Source of the DNA: an uncultured Actinomycetes bacterium
GTDB taxonomy: Bacteria; Actinomycetota; Thermoleophilia; Gaiellales; JAICJC01
DNA: 64,000 nucleotides
Assembly (NCBI GenBank): GCA_963744065.1
Contig: CAVUSN010000001.1
Location: 49,253 to 113,252, forward strand
Direction of reading: 5' to 3'
Numbering within the stretch: the first letter of the stretch is position 1; each line of letters opens with the position of its first letter. Shown here in pieces: positions 1-10,454 of this stretch. The position numbers were made by a program, and so were the translations under genes. Below the pieces are notes generated by a model. It was not told the DNA's origin. It did no database searches and saw nothing but the letters and a program-made list of their open reading frames with translations.

Positions 1-138
1 CAGCGGCCAGCCCCCGGCCCGCTCCACGGACGCCGTGTAGGCTGACGGCACCAGCACCGACGGCACCTCTCGCCAGTGCGAGAAGTCGGCCGGCAGGTCA
101 TAGCCCGAAATGCCGATCAGAGGCCGGTTGCGGTGCAT
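1..138 (-). CDS. gamma-glutamyl-gamma-aminobutyrate hydrolase family (PuuD-like, peptidase C26), N-terminal part, runs off window
   Basis: Manual translation from ATG at 138 gives MHRNRPLIGISGYDLPADFSHWREVPSVLVPSAYTASVERAGGWPL, a typical C26 N-terminus (RPLIGIS..Y..AV.RAGG.P). It is divergent from a PuuA-like GS. Confidence 0.8.
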   Translation of the reverse strand, partial: MHRNRPLIGISGYDLPADFSHWREVPSVLVPSAYTASVERAGGWPL

Positions 139-185
139 GCCAGCCGCAGTATATGAATGGCGGCGAACCCCATACGGGAGGCATC

Positions 186-1532
186 ATGCTCACATTGGAG
201 GAGCTGGGAGCGGACGTCTCCAGCGGCGCCATCGACACCGTGCTGCTGGTGATGACGGACATGCAGGGCCGGCTGATGGGCAAGCGCCTGCACGCGCCCT
301 TCTTCATGTCGGACGTGGCCGCGCACGGCGCCGAGGGCTGCTACTACCTGCTGACGGTGGACGTCGACATGAACCCCGTGCAGGGGTTCGAGATGGCCTC
401 CTGGGAGAGCGGGTACGGGGATTTCGTGTTCAAGCCCGACATGGCCACGCTGCGCCGGCTGCCGTGGCTGGAGCGCACGGCGCTGGTGGTGGCCGACCTG
501 GCCTGGCAGGACGGCCGCCCGGTGGTCGCCTCGCCGCGCCAGATCCTGCGCCGCCAGCTCGACCGGCTGGCCGAGCGCGGTTGGACGGCCAAGATCGGCT
601 CGGAGCTCGAGTTCATCCTGTTTCGGGACAGCTACGAGACGGCCCGGGCCAAGCGCTACCACGACCTCGACCCGGCCAACCCCTACAACGTCGACTACTC
701 GATCTTTGGCACTACCGTGGTCGAGGACGTGCTGCGGCCGATCCGGCTGGGCATGGCTGGGGCCGGGATCACTGTCGAGGACTCCAAGGGCGAGTGCAAC
801 TTCGGCCAGCACGAGATCAACTTCCGCTACTCGGACGCGCTGGCCATGGCCGACAACCACGCCGTGTACAAGAACGGCTCCAAGGAGATCGCCTGGCAAC
901 ACGGGCACGCGCTGTCGTTCATCGCCAAGTACAACGAGCGCGAGGGCAACTCGTGCCACATCCACTGCTCGTTGTGGAACGAGGCGGGCAGCCTGTTCGT
1001 GGATGCCGACGGGCACACGGCCAGCCCGATCTTCACGCAGTTCGTGGCCGGCCAGCTGGCCGCCGGCCGGGAGCTGACCTACTTCCTGGCTCCCAACATC
1101 AACTCCTACAAGCGGTTTGCCGCCGGTTCGTTCGCGCCCACCACGCTGGCCTGGGGCACCGACAACCGCACCTGCGCACTGCGCGTGGTCGGCCACGGCC
1201 AGGGCATGCGGCTCGAGAACCGCGCGCCGGGCGCCGACTGCAACCCCTACCTGGCCTTCGCGGCCATCATCGCGGCCGGCCTGCACGGGATCGACAACGG
1301 GCTGGAGCTGGAGCCGGAGTACACGGGCAACGCCTATCTGGCGGACGACAAGCCGCGCCTGCCGACCACCCTGTACCGGTCGATCGAGCTGCTCGAGTCG
1401 TCAGCCATCGCCCGCGAAGCCTTCGGCGCCGACGTCGTCGAGCACTACCTGCACTATGCGCGCACAGAGCAGGCGGCGTTCGACGCAGCCGTCACCGACT
1501 GGGAGAAGTTCCGGGGCTTCGAGCGGATGTGA
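186..1532 (+). CDS. glutamine synthetase family protein (PuuA-like gamma-glutamyl-amine ligase)
   Basis: DMQGRLMGKR, ELEF, GQHEINF, GNSCHIH, WGTDNRT and RLENRAPGADCNPY motifs. GGGAGG precedes ATG at 186. Confidence 0.9.
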   Translation: MLTLEELGADVSSGAIDTVLLVMTDMQGRLMGKRLHAPFFMSDVAAHGAEGCYYLLTVDVDMNPVQGFEMASWESGYGDFVFKPDMATLRRLPWLERTALVVADLAWQDGRPVVASPRQILRRQLDRLAERGWTAKIGSELEFILFRDSYETARAKRYHDLDPANPYNVDYSIFGTTVVEDVLRPIRLGMAGAGITVEDSKGECNFGQHEINFRYSDALAMADNHAVYKNGSKEIAWQHGHALSFIAKYNEREGNSCHIHCSLWNEAGSLFVDADGHTASPIFTQFVAGQLAAGRELTYFLAPNINSYKRFAAGSFAPTTLAWGTDNRTCALRVVGHGQGMRLENRAPGADCNPYLAFAAIIAAGLHGIDNGLELEPEYTGNAYLADDKPRLPTTLYRSIELLESSAIAREAFGADVVEHYLHYARTEQAAFDAAVTDWEKFRGFERM

Positions 1533-1541
1533 AGCTGGGGG

Positions 1542-1715
1542 CTACGCCGTGCGGCGGCGCGGCGTGCGCCGGACCAACTTGCGGATCACTCGCTGGCGCC
1601 GTTCGCGGCGCTGGTTGCGTACGTGCTCACGGGCCATGCGGGTGAAGAACTCCGTCTCCGACTCGCGGACCGCGGGCCGGGCCCCGTCCGAATAAATAGA
1701 GTAGTCATTTCGCAT
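1542..1715 (-). CDS. small basic hypothetical protein (57 aa), probably leaderless
   Basis: MRNDYSIYSDGARPAVRESETEFFTRMAREHVRNQRRERRQRVIRKLVRRTPRRRTA. The ATG lies 7 nt after a -10 box. Confidence 0.55.
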   Translation of the reverse strand: MRNDYSIYSDGARPAVRESETEFFTRMAREHVRNQRRERRQRVIRKLVRRTPRRRTA

Positions 1716-1722
1716 ACACCTC

Positions 1723-1750
1723 ATGATAGTCAGCATTTGGCGTCTGTCAA
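1723..1750 (-). promoter_or_regulatory. sigma70/SigA-type promoter TTGACA-N16-TATCAT
   Basis: The minus strand reads TTGACA gacgccaaatgctgac TATCAT gaggtgt ATG within an AT-richer intergenic patch. Confidence 0.65.
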
Positions 1751-1816
1751 CCTGATAAACATGACCTTAACCTGTCCTGAACCATACGGACACCCCGGTC
1801 TTCACACGGCTGGCCG

Positions 1817-1844
1817 TGAAGCCTCCGCCCCGCGCTGCCGATAG
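1817..1844 (+). promoter_or_regulatory. putative sigma28 (FliA/WhiG-type) promoter
   Basis: TGAAG-N15-GCCGATAG, 14 nt before the GT87 start. Confidence 0.4.
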
Positions 1845-1858
1845 CCCACCTACACGGC

Positions 1859-2959
1859 ATGAGCACGCCCTCTCTGAGCACCCGACTGTCCGCCGGCGGA
1901 CCGCTTCACCCCCGGTCGCTGGCCTGGCCGCTGGCGCTCGGTGTGCCTGCGCTGGTGCTGCTGTGGGTCAGCCTGCAGACGGCGTACGGGCCGCACAACT
2001 TCTACGACTTCCACATCTTCTGGCACGCGGGGCGCGACGTGCTGCACAGCCGCAGCCCCTACCCGCCGGCCACCGCCGCCGCCTTGCGCCACCAGAACCA
2101 GTTCGTCTACCCCGCATTCTCGGCCCTGGCCATGGCCCCGCTGGCGCTGCTGCCGCTGGCCGCCGCCGCTACGCTCTTCATCGCCGCCAACCTGATCGCC
2201 GTGCCGCTGGCGCTGTGGATACTGGGCGTGCGCGACTGGCGCTGTTACGCGATCACCCTGTGCTCGATCGCCACCCTGCAGGGGATCGTGATGGGACAGC
2301 TGAGCTGCCTCATCCTGCTGGCCGCCGCGGCGGCCTGGCGCTGGCGTGACCGCCGCCTGGCGGCGCTTCCGATCGCCGCCGCCATCGCCGCCAAGCTGTT
2401 TCTGATCCCACTGGTGGTGTGGCTATGGGCAACCGGCCGGCGAGCCGCCGCGCTGCTGGCCTGCGCCGGCGCGGCCATCGCCATGCTGGCCGGCTGGGCC
2501 GCCATCGGGTTCACGGACATGACCGGCTACCCGCACCTGCTGTCGATGGTCTCGACGCTCGAGCAGCGGCTGGGCTACTCGCCGGTCGCGCTGGGCGCGG
2601 CGCTGGGCCTGCCGACGACCACCGCCCGGGCGACGGCGCTGGCGGCCACAGCGCTCCTGTGCGCGGCCGCCGCCAGCGTGGCCCGGCGGCAGGACGGCGA
2701 CCGCAGGGCGTTCACCCTGGCCGCGGTGGCCTCGTTGACGCTGTCGCCGATCGTGTGGCTGTCCTACTTCGTGCTGCTGGCAGCGCCGATCGCGCTGGCC
2801 CGCCAGCGGCTGTCGCCGGCCTGGCTGATCCTGCTCGCTCCGTGGGCGTTCGCGAACGCCAACACCTTCGCCCCGACCTGGAAGATCGCGGCCTGGACAC
2901 TGGCCGTGGCGGCCGTGGCCGCGCTGTCGGTCACCGCCCCACGCCGCGCACCAGCCTAG
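1859..2959 (+). CDS. glycosyltransferase family 87 (DUF2029) polytopic membrane protein
   Basis: DF.IF..AG, FVYPAFSALAMAPL, GQL, AAK and SPIVW.SY motifs with many TM helices. Confidence 0.85.
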   Translation: MSTPSLSTRLSAGGPLHPRSLAWPLALGVPALVLLWVSLQTAYGPHNFYDFHIFWHAGRDVLHSRSPYPPATAAALRHQNQFVYPAFSALAMAPLALLPLAAAATLFIAANLIAVPLALWILGVRDWRCYAITLCSIATLQGIVMGQLSCLILLAAAAAWRWRDRRLAALPIAAAIAAKLFLIPLVVWLWATGRRAAALLACAGAAIAMLAGWAAIGFTDMTGYPHLLSMVSTLEQRLGYSPVALGAALGLPTTTARATALAATALLCAAAASVARRQDGDRRAFTLAAVASLTLSPIVWLSYFVLLAAPIALARQRLSPAWLILLAPWAFANANTFAPTWKIAAWTLAVAAVAALSVTAPRRAPA

Positions 2960-2960
2960 G

Positions 2961-3066
2961 CCCGGTGCCAGGCACGTGCCTGGCACCGGGGTTTTCGGTG
3001 CCTGGAACGTGCCTGGCACCCAAACTGCTCCATCTCCACCAGCGTCAGGGTTGACCTGGCACCTGG
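2961..3066. repeat. palindromic REP-like repeat (GGTGCC[A/T]GGCAC family), empty allele
   Basis: Perfect 30-bp palindrome CCCGGTGCCAGGCACGTGCCTGGCACCGGG at 2961-2990, a second unit, and a tail shared with the 24230-24510 copy. It sits between convergent genes. Confidence 0.9.
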
Positions 3067-3073
3067 TTCTTCT

Positions 3074-4429
3074 CTAGGCGATAACCCCGTCGGTGCCGGT
3101 GCGCTCGAGCACGGAGCCGATCGCCTCCACCACCCGGTCGGCCTCCGCCTCGCTCATCACCAGCGGCGGCGAGAGAACGATCGAATGGGCGCAGTTGCGG
3201 ACGATGACGCCGGTCTCGCGCATGATCACCGACTCCATCTGGCCGGCATCGGGCAGCGGCTCGCGGGTGGCCCGGTCGGCCACCAGTTCGACCGCCAGCA
3301 TCATGCCGACGCCGCGCACCTCGCCGACGATCGGGAACCGCTCCAGCGTGCGCAGGCCGTCCAGCAGGTGCCCGCCCACATCCAGCGCCCGGGCCAGCAG
3401 CCCCTCGCGCTCGATCACGTTCAGATTGGCCAGCGCCACCGCACAGGCGGTCGGGTGGCCGTTGTAGGTGTAGCCCATCGGGAAGCCGTGCTCGCGGCCC
3501 ATCACCTCGGCCACGTGGTCGGCCACCAGCACCGCCCCCAGCGGGATGTAGCCGGAGGTGATGCCCTTGGCGGTGGTGATCAGGTCCGGCTGGACGCCGA
3601 AGTGGCTGGCCGCGAACCACTGGCCGACACGGCCGTAGGCCGTCACCACCTCGTCCAGGATGAGCAGGATGCCGTGCCGCGACAGCACCTCGGCCACCCG
3701 CGGCCAGTAGTCGGCGGGAGGCACGATCATGCCGGCCACGCCCATGATCGGCTCGCCGATCATGGCGGCGATGCGATCGGCGCCGATGTCGGCGATGGTG
3801 CGTTCCAGCTCGTCGATCAGGAAGTCGGTGGGGTCGCGGCCCTCGTACAGCTCGCTGCGGTAGGGCCAGGGCGGCGTCAGATGGTGGACGTTGGGCAGCA
3901 TCGGCCCGAAGCCCTGGTGGTAGAGGTCGTAGCCGGTGGCCGTGCCCGACCCGTAGCCGATCCCATGGTAGGCCTTGTCGCGGGCCAGGATCCAGTTGCG
4001 ATCCGGCTGGCCGCGCCGGTGGTGGTAGTAGCGGGCCATCTTGATGGCCGCCTCGTTGCCCTCCGAGCCGCCGCTTGTGAAGTACACGTGGTCGAGCCGG
4101 CCTGGGGCCAGCCCTGTCAGCCGCTCGGCCAGTTCGATGGCGCGGTCGTTGGAGAACTCCCAGAAGCTGGTGAAGTACTCCAGCCGCTCCATCTGACGGG
4201 CCGCGGCCTCGGCCAGCTCCCGCCGGCCATGCCCGATCTGGGCCAGCCACAGGCCGCCGGTGGCATCCAGGTACTCGCGGCCCTCCGCGTCGCGCAGGCT
4301 GCAGCCGTCGCCCTCCACCATCACGATCCGCTCGCTGGTGGTGGCCGGCAGGTAGGGGTGGATGATGTGCGCGCGATCGGTCTCGGCCAGCCGGGCGGCC
4401 AGCCCGGTGCCGGCGGCGGTGGTGCTCAT
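3074..4429 (-). CDS. class III PLP aminotransferase (polyamine/omega-amino acid type)
   Basis: [45 protein letters not shown] and GYTYNGHP motifs. Confidence 0.92.
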   Translation of the reverse strand: MSTTAAGTGLAARLAETDRAHIIHPYLPATTSERIVMVEGDGCSLRDAEGREYLDATGGLWLAQIGHGRRELAEAAARQMERLEYFTSFWEFSNDRAIELAERLTGLAPGRLDHVYFTSGGSEGNEAAIKMARYYHHRRGQPDRNWILARDKAYHGIGYGSGTATGYDLYHQGFGPMLPNVHHLTPPWPYRSELYEGRDPTDFLIDELERTIADIGADRIAAMIGEPIMGVAGMIVPPADYWPRVAEVLSRHGILLILDEVVTAYGRVGQWFAASHFGVQPDLITTAKGITSGYIPLGAVLVADHVAEVMGREHGFPMGYTYNGHPTACAVALANLNVIEREGLLARALDVGGHLLDGLRTLERFPIVGEVRGVGMMLAVELVADRATREPLPDAGQMESVIMRETGVIVRNCAHSIVLSPPLVMSEAEADRVVEAIGSVLERTGTDGVIA

Positions 4430-4439
4430 GTCGGCTCCT

Positions 4440-5111
4440 TCATCGGTTGTCTCCCGGCACGCCGAAGCTCGGCGCCCCGGCCGGGTCGAGGGCTCGGGTC
4501 ACGTACTCCTGCATCTGCGGCTTCCAAACCTCCCACACCGCGGCCAGCTCGTCGACCGGCCGCTGATGCCAGTCGACGCGCAGATCGACCACCGGCCACG
4601 CCTCACGGTCGGCCACCAGCAGGCCGGCCGAGCGCACCGGCCCGTCCTCGCCGCCCGCCTCCAGGGCCGCCCGCAGACCCGCCAGCAGCCGATCGCCGAG
4701 GTGGCCGGCGGCGGCCTGGAACGCCTCCAGCATCGCCGCCAGCACCCCGGCCGAGGCCAGCAGGTTGCCGGCGGCGACGGCATCGGCAGCCGACCGGGCG
4801 GCGTGACGTGCCGAGCGTGCGCTGGCCGCTCCAGGCGCCGCGTGCGCCGTTCGCGTCGACCGCCGTCAGCTGGCGGAACTCGATGCCCGGCCGCGTGCGC
4901 AGCGAGCCGACGGCCTCCTCCGCCGTCAGCCCGCCTCCATCAGGTCGAGCAGTTCGGGCCCCAGCCGGGGGTCGGTGATGTTCTGGGAGGCGGCCGCACC
5001 GACCCGCGCCCGCACGTGCGCGCAGCGGGCCGCCACCGCGGGGCTGGACGACGACACGGCCACGCCCAGCATGCCGGTGTCGGCGCAGCGCCCGACCAGC
5101 GAGAAGGTCAC
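4440..5111 (-). CDS. DUF1028 domain protein (Ntn-hydrolase-like), frameshifted in assembly
   Basis: N-terminal [30 protein letters not shown] and C-terminal [22 protein letters not shown] fall in different frames. Confidence 0.85.
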
Positions 5112-5531
5112 GCCGACGCTCCGCCGCGGACGGCGGTCACGTCGATCTCGACCAGCCACTCGGGCCGCGCCAGCGCCATCACCACGAGGCCCGTCGAAGA
5201 CCGGGAAGCACGCCGCGCAGCCACCGGCCCAGCACCCGGTAGACCGGCTCGCGGTAGCGGATGTCGGTCAGGTAGACGACCACCTTGCAGATGTCCGCCA
5301 GCGCCGCCGCCGCACTCCGAGCAGCAGCTGTTCGATGTTGTCCATGGCCTGCTCGGCCTGGGCCGCCGGGTCGCCGACGCCGACGCTCGCGGCCGTGTCC
5401 AGGTCCTGGCCCACCTGGCCGCGCAGGAAGACGGTGTCGCCGGCGACCACGGCCTGGCAGAGGTCGTTGTCGAGCTTCTGCTCGGGGTAGGTGTCGCGGG
5501 TGTTGAAGGGGCGGATGCGGGTGTGGCTCAC
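5108..5531 (-). CDS. Rid (YjgF/YER057c/UK114) family protein, frameshifted in assembly
   Basis: HTRIRPFNTRDTYPEQKLDNDLCQAVVAG..LRGQVGQD, KVVVYLTDIRYREPVY and LARPEWLVEIDVTA. Confidence 0.85.
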
Positions 5532-7004
5532 GTGCCGCTCCCGGCCAGCACCCGGTCCGACAGCCCGGCCGCATCGCTGCACGCACCCGCAGCGACTCGT
5601 CGAAGTCGAAGTTGCGGTAGACCGACGGCCAGGTGGGCGAACGGCGGCGACTGGGCGAACAGCTGGAAGGTCAGCCGGTGGCCGGCGTAGTCGGAGTTCA
5701 GCAGGTCGCGGGCGAAGGCCAGCAGCCGGCGCCGGTCCTCCGCCGACCAGCTGCTCGTTGATCGAGTAGTACTTCTCCAGCCACGGCCCGGTCTCGGGGT
5801 GCTGGAAGGCGGCCGCGTCGGGCGTCACGCAGATCTGGCCGCCGCACAGCTCGCGGGCGATGTGCATCATGGCCGGCAGCTGCGAGCAGGCCAGCACGCG
5901 GCCGGTGTAGAGCAGCGACTGGTTGGGCATCAGCAGGCCGCCCGGGCTGCGGCTGGGCCAGGGCGATCGCCGCGGTCAGGTGGGCGTTGATGCCCTCCCG
6001 GTAGCAGGCCAGCGCGGCCAGCTTCTCCTGCACCGCCTGCTGCCGCTCGAGCCCGGTCTGGCGGACGTTGAACAGCGCCGCGCCGATCAGCATGTCGGCG
6101 AGTGCGCAGGATCCGCTGCACGAACGGGAAGGCGCTGTAGCGGTGCAGCGTCGCGCGGATGAAGGTGGCGGCCCGCGTGTGGCGGTAGAACAGCACGTTC
6201 TCCCAGGGGATCTCCACGTCGTCGAACACCACCAGCGTGTCCACCTCGTCGAACCGGTTGGACAGCGGGTAGTCGGCGGCCGGCGCGCGGCCGGCGAAGC
6301 CGGTGCGGCAGATGTGCTGGACACCGTGGCGTGCCCATGTCGCAGATGAAACCGAGCGCGTAGTCGGACAGCTCGGCGTCGCCCCAGTTGGCGATGGTCG
6401 GCTTGACGAACGCCTGGTTGGCGTAGGCGGCGGCGGTCTCGTACTTGGCGCCGCGCACGACGATGCCGGCGTCGGTCTCGCGAGACGACGTGCAGCAGCA
6501 TGTCCGGGTCCTGGTCCTGCGGCCGCTTGGAGCGGTCGCCCTTGGGATCGGTGTTGGCGGAGACGTGGAACGGGTCGGCCGCGCAGCGCGTCGCGGATGT
6601 GCGCGCGTGATGTTCTCGGAGAAGCGGGGATCGACCTCGTTCAGCACGTCCTGGCCGTCGTACAGCGACCACATCTCGCCGATCGTCTCGTCGCCGACCC
6701 GGATCACGACGCCGCCCAGGTCGTCCAGCACGGCAGTCGACCGCGCGGCGCTTGGCCTCCCAGTCCTCCTGCTCGATGCGGCAGCTTGAGCGCGACCGCG
6801 TTGCGCTCGCCGGTGTCGGCGTCGGCGTAGGTCATGACGTCGCGGGTGGCGGCCTCGTGGGCCATGTCGTAGATGCGCGCGCGGGCGTCGACCAGCGGCT
6901 TGAACATCGGGTGCGTCGGTCACGTCGGGCACCCGCTCGCCGTCGATCCAGACCTCGCGGCCGTCGCGGATCGACTCGCGGTACTCGTCTCCTGTGCGGA
7001 TCAT
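5528..7004 (-). CDS. HpaB/4-hydroxyphenylacetate 3-hydroxylase family flavin-dependent monooxygenase, frameshifted in assembly
   Basis: MIRTGDEYRESIRDGREVWIDGERV, GIVVRGAKY and DTLVVFDDVEIPWENV. AGGAGG RBS. Confidence 0.88.
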
Positions 7005-7078
7005 GCAGGGCCTCCTGGCGGGCGGTCGGGTTCAGTATCGAGCCCGCCCGCGACCGCTGTCAAAGCACTGCCGCGCTC

Positions 7079-8557
7079 TCAGTGGGCGACGTAGGTGACG
7101 ATCATCTGGTCGGTCAGCCACTCCACCGGGGCGCGGTCGTCGGTCAGCGGGTCGGACGACGGCGGCACCCGCCACATGTGCCCGGCGATCGCCGCCGCCG
7201 GATCCAGCGCGGCCGGCGCGGTCTGCAGGCGGCGGCGCAGCTGGGCGCCGGTGACCGGCCGCTTGAAGCCCACCACGATGTCGTTGAAGGCCGTGGCGTG
7301 CCACAGATAGACGGCGGCGAAGCGGGTGGCCATGGTGCCGGCGATGGCCCACGACAGCCGGTCGTCGCCCTTGATCCGGCCCACGTTGGCCATCACCATG
7401 CCGCCGGCCCGAAGCCGCGACGAGGCCAGCGACCAGAACTCCTGCGTGGTCAGATAGAAGGGGATGTAAGGCTGCCGGAAGGCGTCCAGGAAGACCGCGT
7501 CGAAGCGGCCCGAGTGAGTCTCCAGGTACACCCTGCCATCGTCGGAGGCGACCGACACCTGGGGGTTTGAGGCCAGGCCCAGATAGCGCTTGCCGGCCTC
7601 GGTCACAAGCGGGTCTATCTCCACCCCCTGGACGCGCACGCGCGGCCAGAAGACGCCGTAGGCCCGGCCCACCGTGCCGCCGGCGTAGCCGATCATGCAC
7701 AGGCTGGAGAAGCCGCGGCCGTGCAAGAGCGGCGCCAGCAGGAACTGGTCCCAGTAGTCGCCGGTCAGCACCCGGTGCGGATACCAGACCGAGTGCCGGG
7801 CCCAGCCTTCGTTCAGAAACAGCGCCCGGCTGCCGTCGGGCAGCTTCCGCACCTCGACGAACTGGTAGGCCGACTCGCCCTCGAAGAGCACGCCGGGCTG
7901 GGCCTTCACCTCGCCCGGCGGCAGCAGCGCCATGCCGGCGATCAGGGCCGGCACCAGCAGGTAGCGCCGGCGGCCCACTGCCGGCGCGGCCGCCAACGCC
8001 AGGAGCGCCGCGGTGCCCAGCATCGTGCGCCGGGTGCCGATGGCCGGGATCAAGAGCGCCACCGGCAGGAAGGTGCCGAGGATCGAGCCCGCGGTGGATA
8101 CGGCGTACATGCGGCCGGCCACCTGGCCGGCCTGCTCGATCCGCGTAACGCCCAGCCGGACGGCGAACGGGGAGGCCATCCCGAGCAGCGTGATGGGCAC
8201 CGCGAAGAGCGCCATGACGGCGAAGAAGGAGCCCAGGAAGGCGCCCACCGAGGCGTTCGCAAACGCCCCCACGGCCGCCGAGAGGAAGGGCGAGGCGATG
8301 TACGGCAGGGCCGCCACCAGCGCGGCTGCGAGCAGCATCAGGCGGGCCATGACATGTAGCGAGGGGTGCCGGTCGGCCAGCTTTCCGCCCACGAAGTAGC
8401 CCACCGACAGGTAGATCAGGATCAGCCCGATGATGTTGGCCCAGATCAGGATCGAGGCGCCGAAGAAGGGCGCGAGCAGTCGCGACGCGCACATCTCGGT
8501 GGACATCGTGGTCGCCCCGGCCACGAACACCAACGGCAGGAGTGCGCGGTGTCTCAC
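7079..8557 (-). CDS. membrane-domain/spermidine synthase-like fusion protein
   Basis: N-terminal TM block (SRLLAPFFGAS..W) and a SAM-binding domain (IGYAGGT, VEIDP, DGRVYL, LDAF, LTTQEF, LTDDRAPVE). Confidence 0.85.
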   Translation of the reverse strand: MRHRALLPLVFVAGATTMSTEMCASRLLAPFFGASILIWANIIGLILIYLSVGYFVGGKLADRHPSLHVMARLMLLAAALVAALPYIASPFLSAAVGAFANASVGAFLGSFFAVMALFAVPITLLGMASPFAVRLGVTRIEQAGQVAGRMYAVSTAGSILGTFLPVALLIPAIGTRRTMLGTAALLALAAAPAVGRRRYLLVPALIAGMALLPPGEVKAQPGVLFEGESAYQFVEVRKLPDGSRALFLNEGWARHSVWYPHRVLTGDYWDQFLLAPLLHGRGFSSLCMIGYAGGTVGRAYGVFWPRVRVQGVEIDPLVTEAGKRYLGLASNPQVSVASDDGRVYLETHSGRFDAVFLDAFRQPYIPFYLTTQEFWSLASSRLRAGGMVMANVGRIKGDDRLSWAIAGTMATRFAAVYLWHATAFNDIVVGFKRPVTGAQLRRRLQTAPAALDPAAAIAGHMWRVPPSSDPLTDDRAPVEWLTDQMIVTYVAH

Positions 8558-8610
8558 TGAGGCCAGCCTACCGAGGCAGTCTGAGAAGGGCGGTGACCGG
8601 GGGCGCCCTG

Positions 8611-10287
8611 CTACTCGCCCGACTCGGCCGCCTTGGCGGCCGACTGGTGTCGGTAGAACTCCTCGTGGATCGGCTCCAGCGGTGTGTTGCCCAGGATGAT
8701 GTCGGCCGACTTCTCGGCGGTCATCATGACGGGGGCGTAGATGTTGCCGTTGGTGACGTAGGGGAAGACTGAGGCATCCACCACGCGCAGGCCCTCAAGG
8801 CCGTGCACCCGCATGGTCGCGGGGTCGATAACGGCCATCTCGTCGGTGCCCATCTTGCAGGTGCACGAGGGGTGCAGGGCCGTCTCGGCGTCCCGCCGCA
8901 CCCAGTCCAGCACCTGCTCGTCGGTGGCCACGTCCGCGCCTGGCGACAGCTCGCCCGAGCTGAAGGCGTCGAAGGCCGGCTGGTTCAGGATCCTGCGCGC
9001 GATCTGGATCGCCTCCGTCCACTCCCGCAGGTCCTCCGGCGTGGACATGTAGTTGAAGCGCAGCGCCGGCTTCACGTGCGGGTCCTTGCGGGTAATCTTG
9101 ACCGAGCCACGGCTGTTGGAGTACATCGGCCCGATGTGCACCTGATAGCCATGCCCGGGGGCCGAGCCGCTGCCGTCGTAGCGCACGGCCAGGGGCAGGA
9201 AGTGGAACATCAGGTTGGGATAGGCGACCTCGTCGTTGGAGCGCACGAAGCCGCCCGCCTCGAAGTGGTTGGTGGCGCCCGGGCCTGAGTGCTTGAACAG
9301 CCAGTCGACGCCCACCTTGGGTCGGTTCCGGTACAGCAGCGCCGGGTTCATGGACACCGGCTGCTTGCACCCGTACTGCACGTACACCTCGAGGTGGTCC
9401 TGCAGGTTCTCGCCCACGCCCGGCAGGTGGTGGACGACGTCCACGCCCAGCGGGCGCAGCTCGTCGGCGTTGCCGACCCCGGACACCTGCAGCAGCTGCG
9501 GCGAGTTGATGGCGCCGCCGCACACGATCGTCTCGGCGGCCGTGGCCCGCCGCGCCGACCGCCGCCAGGGCGTGTACTCGACGCCCACCGCCCGGTTGCC
9601 CTCGAACGCGATCCGGGACACGAACGCGAGCGTCTCAACGGTCAGGTTGGGCCGCTTCTTCGCTGGGTCCAGGTAGGCCCGGGCGGCGCTCCACCGGCGG
9701 CCGTCTGAGATGTTGCGGTCGAAGGGGGCGAAGCCCTCCTGCTGGTAGCCGTTGACGTCCTTGGTGATCGGGTAGCCGGCCTGCTGCACGGCCTCGAAGA
9801 AGGCCTTGAACAGCGGGCTGGTGGCGGGCCCGCGCTCCAGGATCAGCGGCCCGTGGTCGCCCCGCCACTCGTCGCCACCGGCCCGGCAGGTCTCCATCCT
9901 CTTGAAGTACGGCAGGCAGTGCGCGTAGTCCCACTGCTCCATGCCCGGATCGGCCCCCCAGCGTTCGTAGTCCATCGGGTTGCCGCGCTGGAAGATCATC
10001 CCGTTGATGCTCGAGGAGCCGCCCAGCAGCTTGCCGCGGGCGTGGTAGATCTGCCGCCCATTCATGTGCGGCTCAGGCTCCGACTCGTACTTCCAGTCGT
10101 AGAACCGATTGCCGATCGGGTACATGAGCCCGGCCGGCATGTGCACCCACACGTCCCACGGATAGTCCGATCGTCCCGCCTCCAGCAGCAGGACGCGGGT
10201 GGACGGATCGGCGCTCAGCCGATTGGCGAGCGCGCAGCCGGCGGAGCCACCTCCGATGATGATGAAGTCGTACCGCGAGTCTGCCAT
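8611..10287 (-). CDS. betA: choline dehydrogenase (GMC oxidoreductase)
   Basis: [54 protein letters not shown] and NGNIYAP. The start is moved to MADSRY. Confidence 0.9.
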   Translation of the reverse strand: MADSRYDFIIIGGGSAGCALANRLSADPSTRVLLLEAGRSDYPWDVWVHMPAGLMYPIGNRFYDWKYESEPEPHMNGRQIYHARGKLLGGSSSINGMIFQRGNPMDYERWGADPGMEQWDYAHCLPYFKRMETCRAGGDEWRGDHGPLILERGPATSPLFKAFFEAVQQAGYPITKDVNGYQQEGFAPFDRNISDGRRWSAARAYLDPAKKRPNLTVETLAFVSRIAFEGNRAVGVEYTPWRRSARRATAAETIVCGGAINSPQLLQVSGVGNADELRPLGVDVVHHLPGVGENLQDHLEVYVQYGCKQPVSMNPALLYRNRPKVGVDWLFKHSGPGATNHFEAGGFVRSNDEVAYPNLMFHFLPLAVRYDGSGSAPGHGYQVHIGPMYSNSRGSVKITRKDPHVKPALRFNYMSTPEDLREWTEAIQIARRILNQPAFDAFSSGELSPGADVATDEQVLDWVRRDAETALHPSCTCKMGTDEMAVIDPATMRVHGLEGLRVVDASVFPYVTNGNIYAPVMMTAEKSADIILGNTPLEPIHEEFYRHQSAAKAAESGE

Positions 10288-10454
10288 CGAGAGCTCCGAT
10301 CTCAAGCCGGTCGGGGGGCCGATTCTACCGCAAGGCCGAATCGGGTTGGAGACGCCGGCTGGTGCCTGAGCGCCGAGTCTGAGTAGGGTACGAGCTGGGC
10401 AGAGGCCGCCCGGCTGACGGCCGGCGGCCACGAAATCGAGACTGGGGGACGCAG

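Noticed and set aside
2961-3066. CRISPR array
   Set aside because: These are palindromic units without regular unique spacers, and no cas genes are present.
4700-7000. Decayed catabolic operon
   Set aside because: Same indel signature, with conserved motifs and gene overlaps intact.
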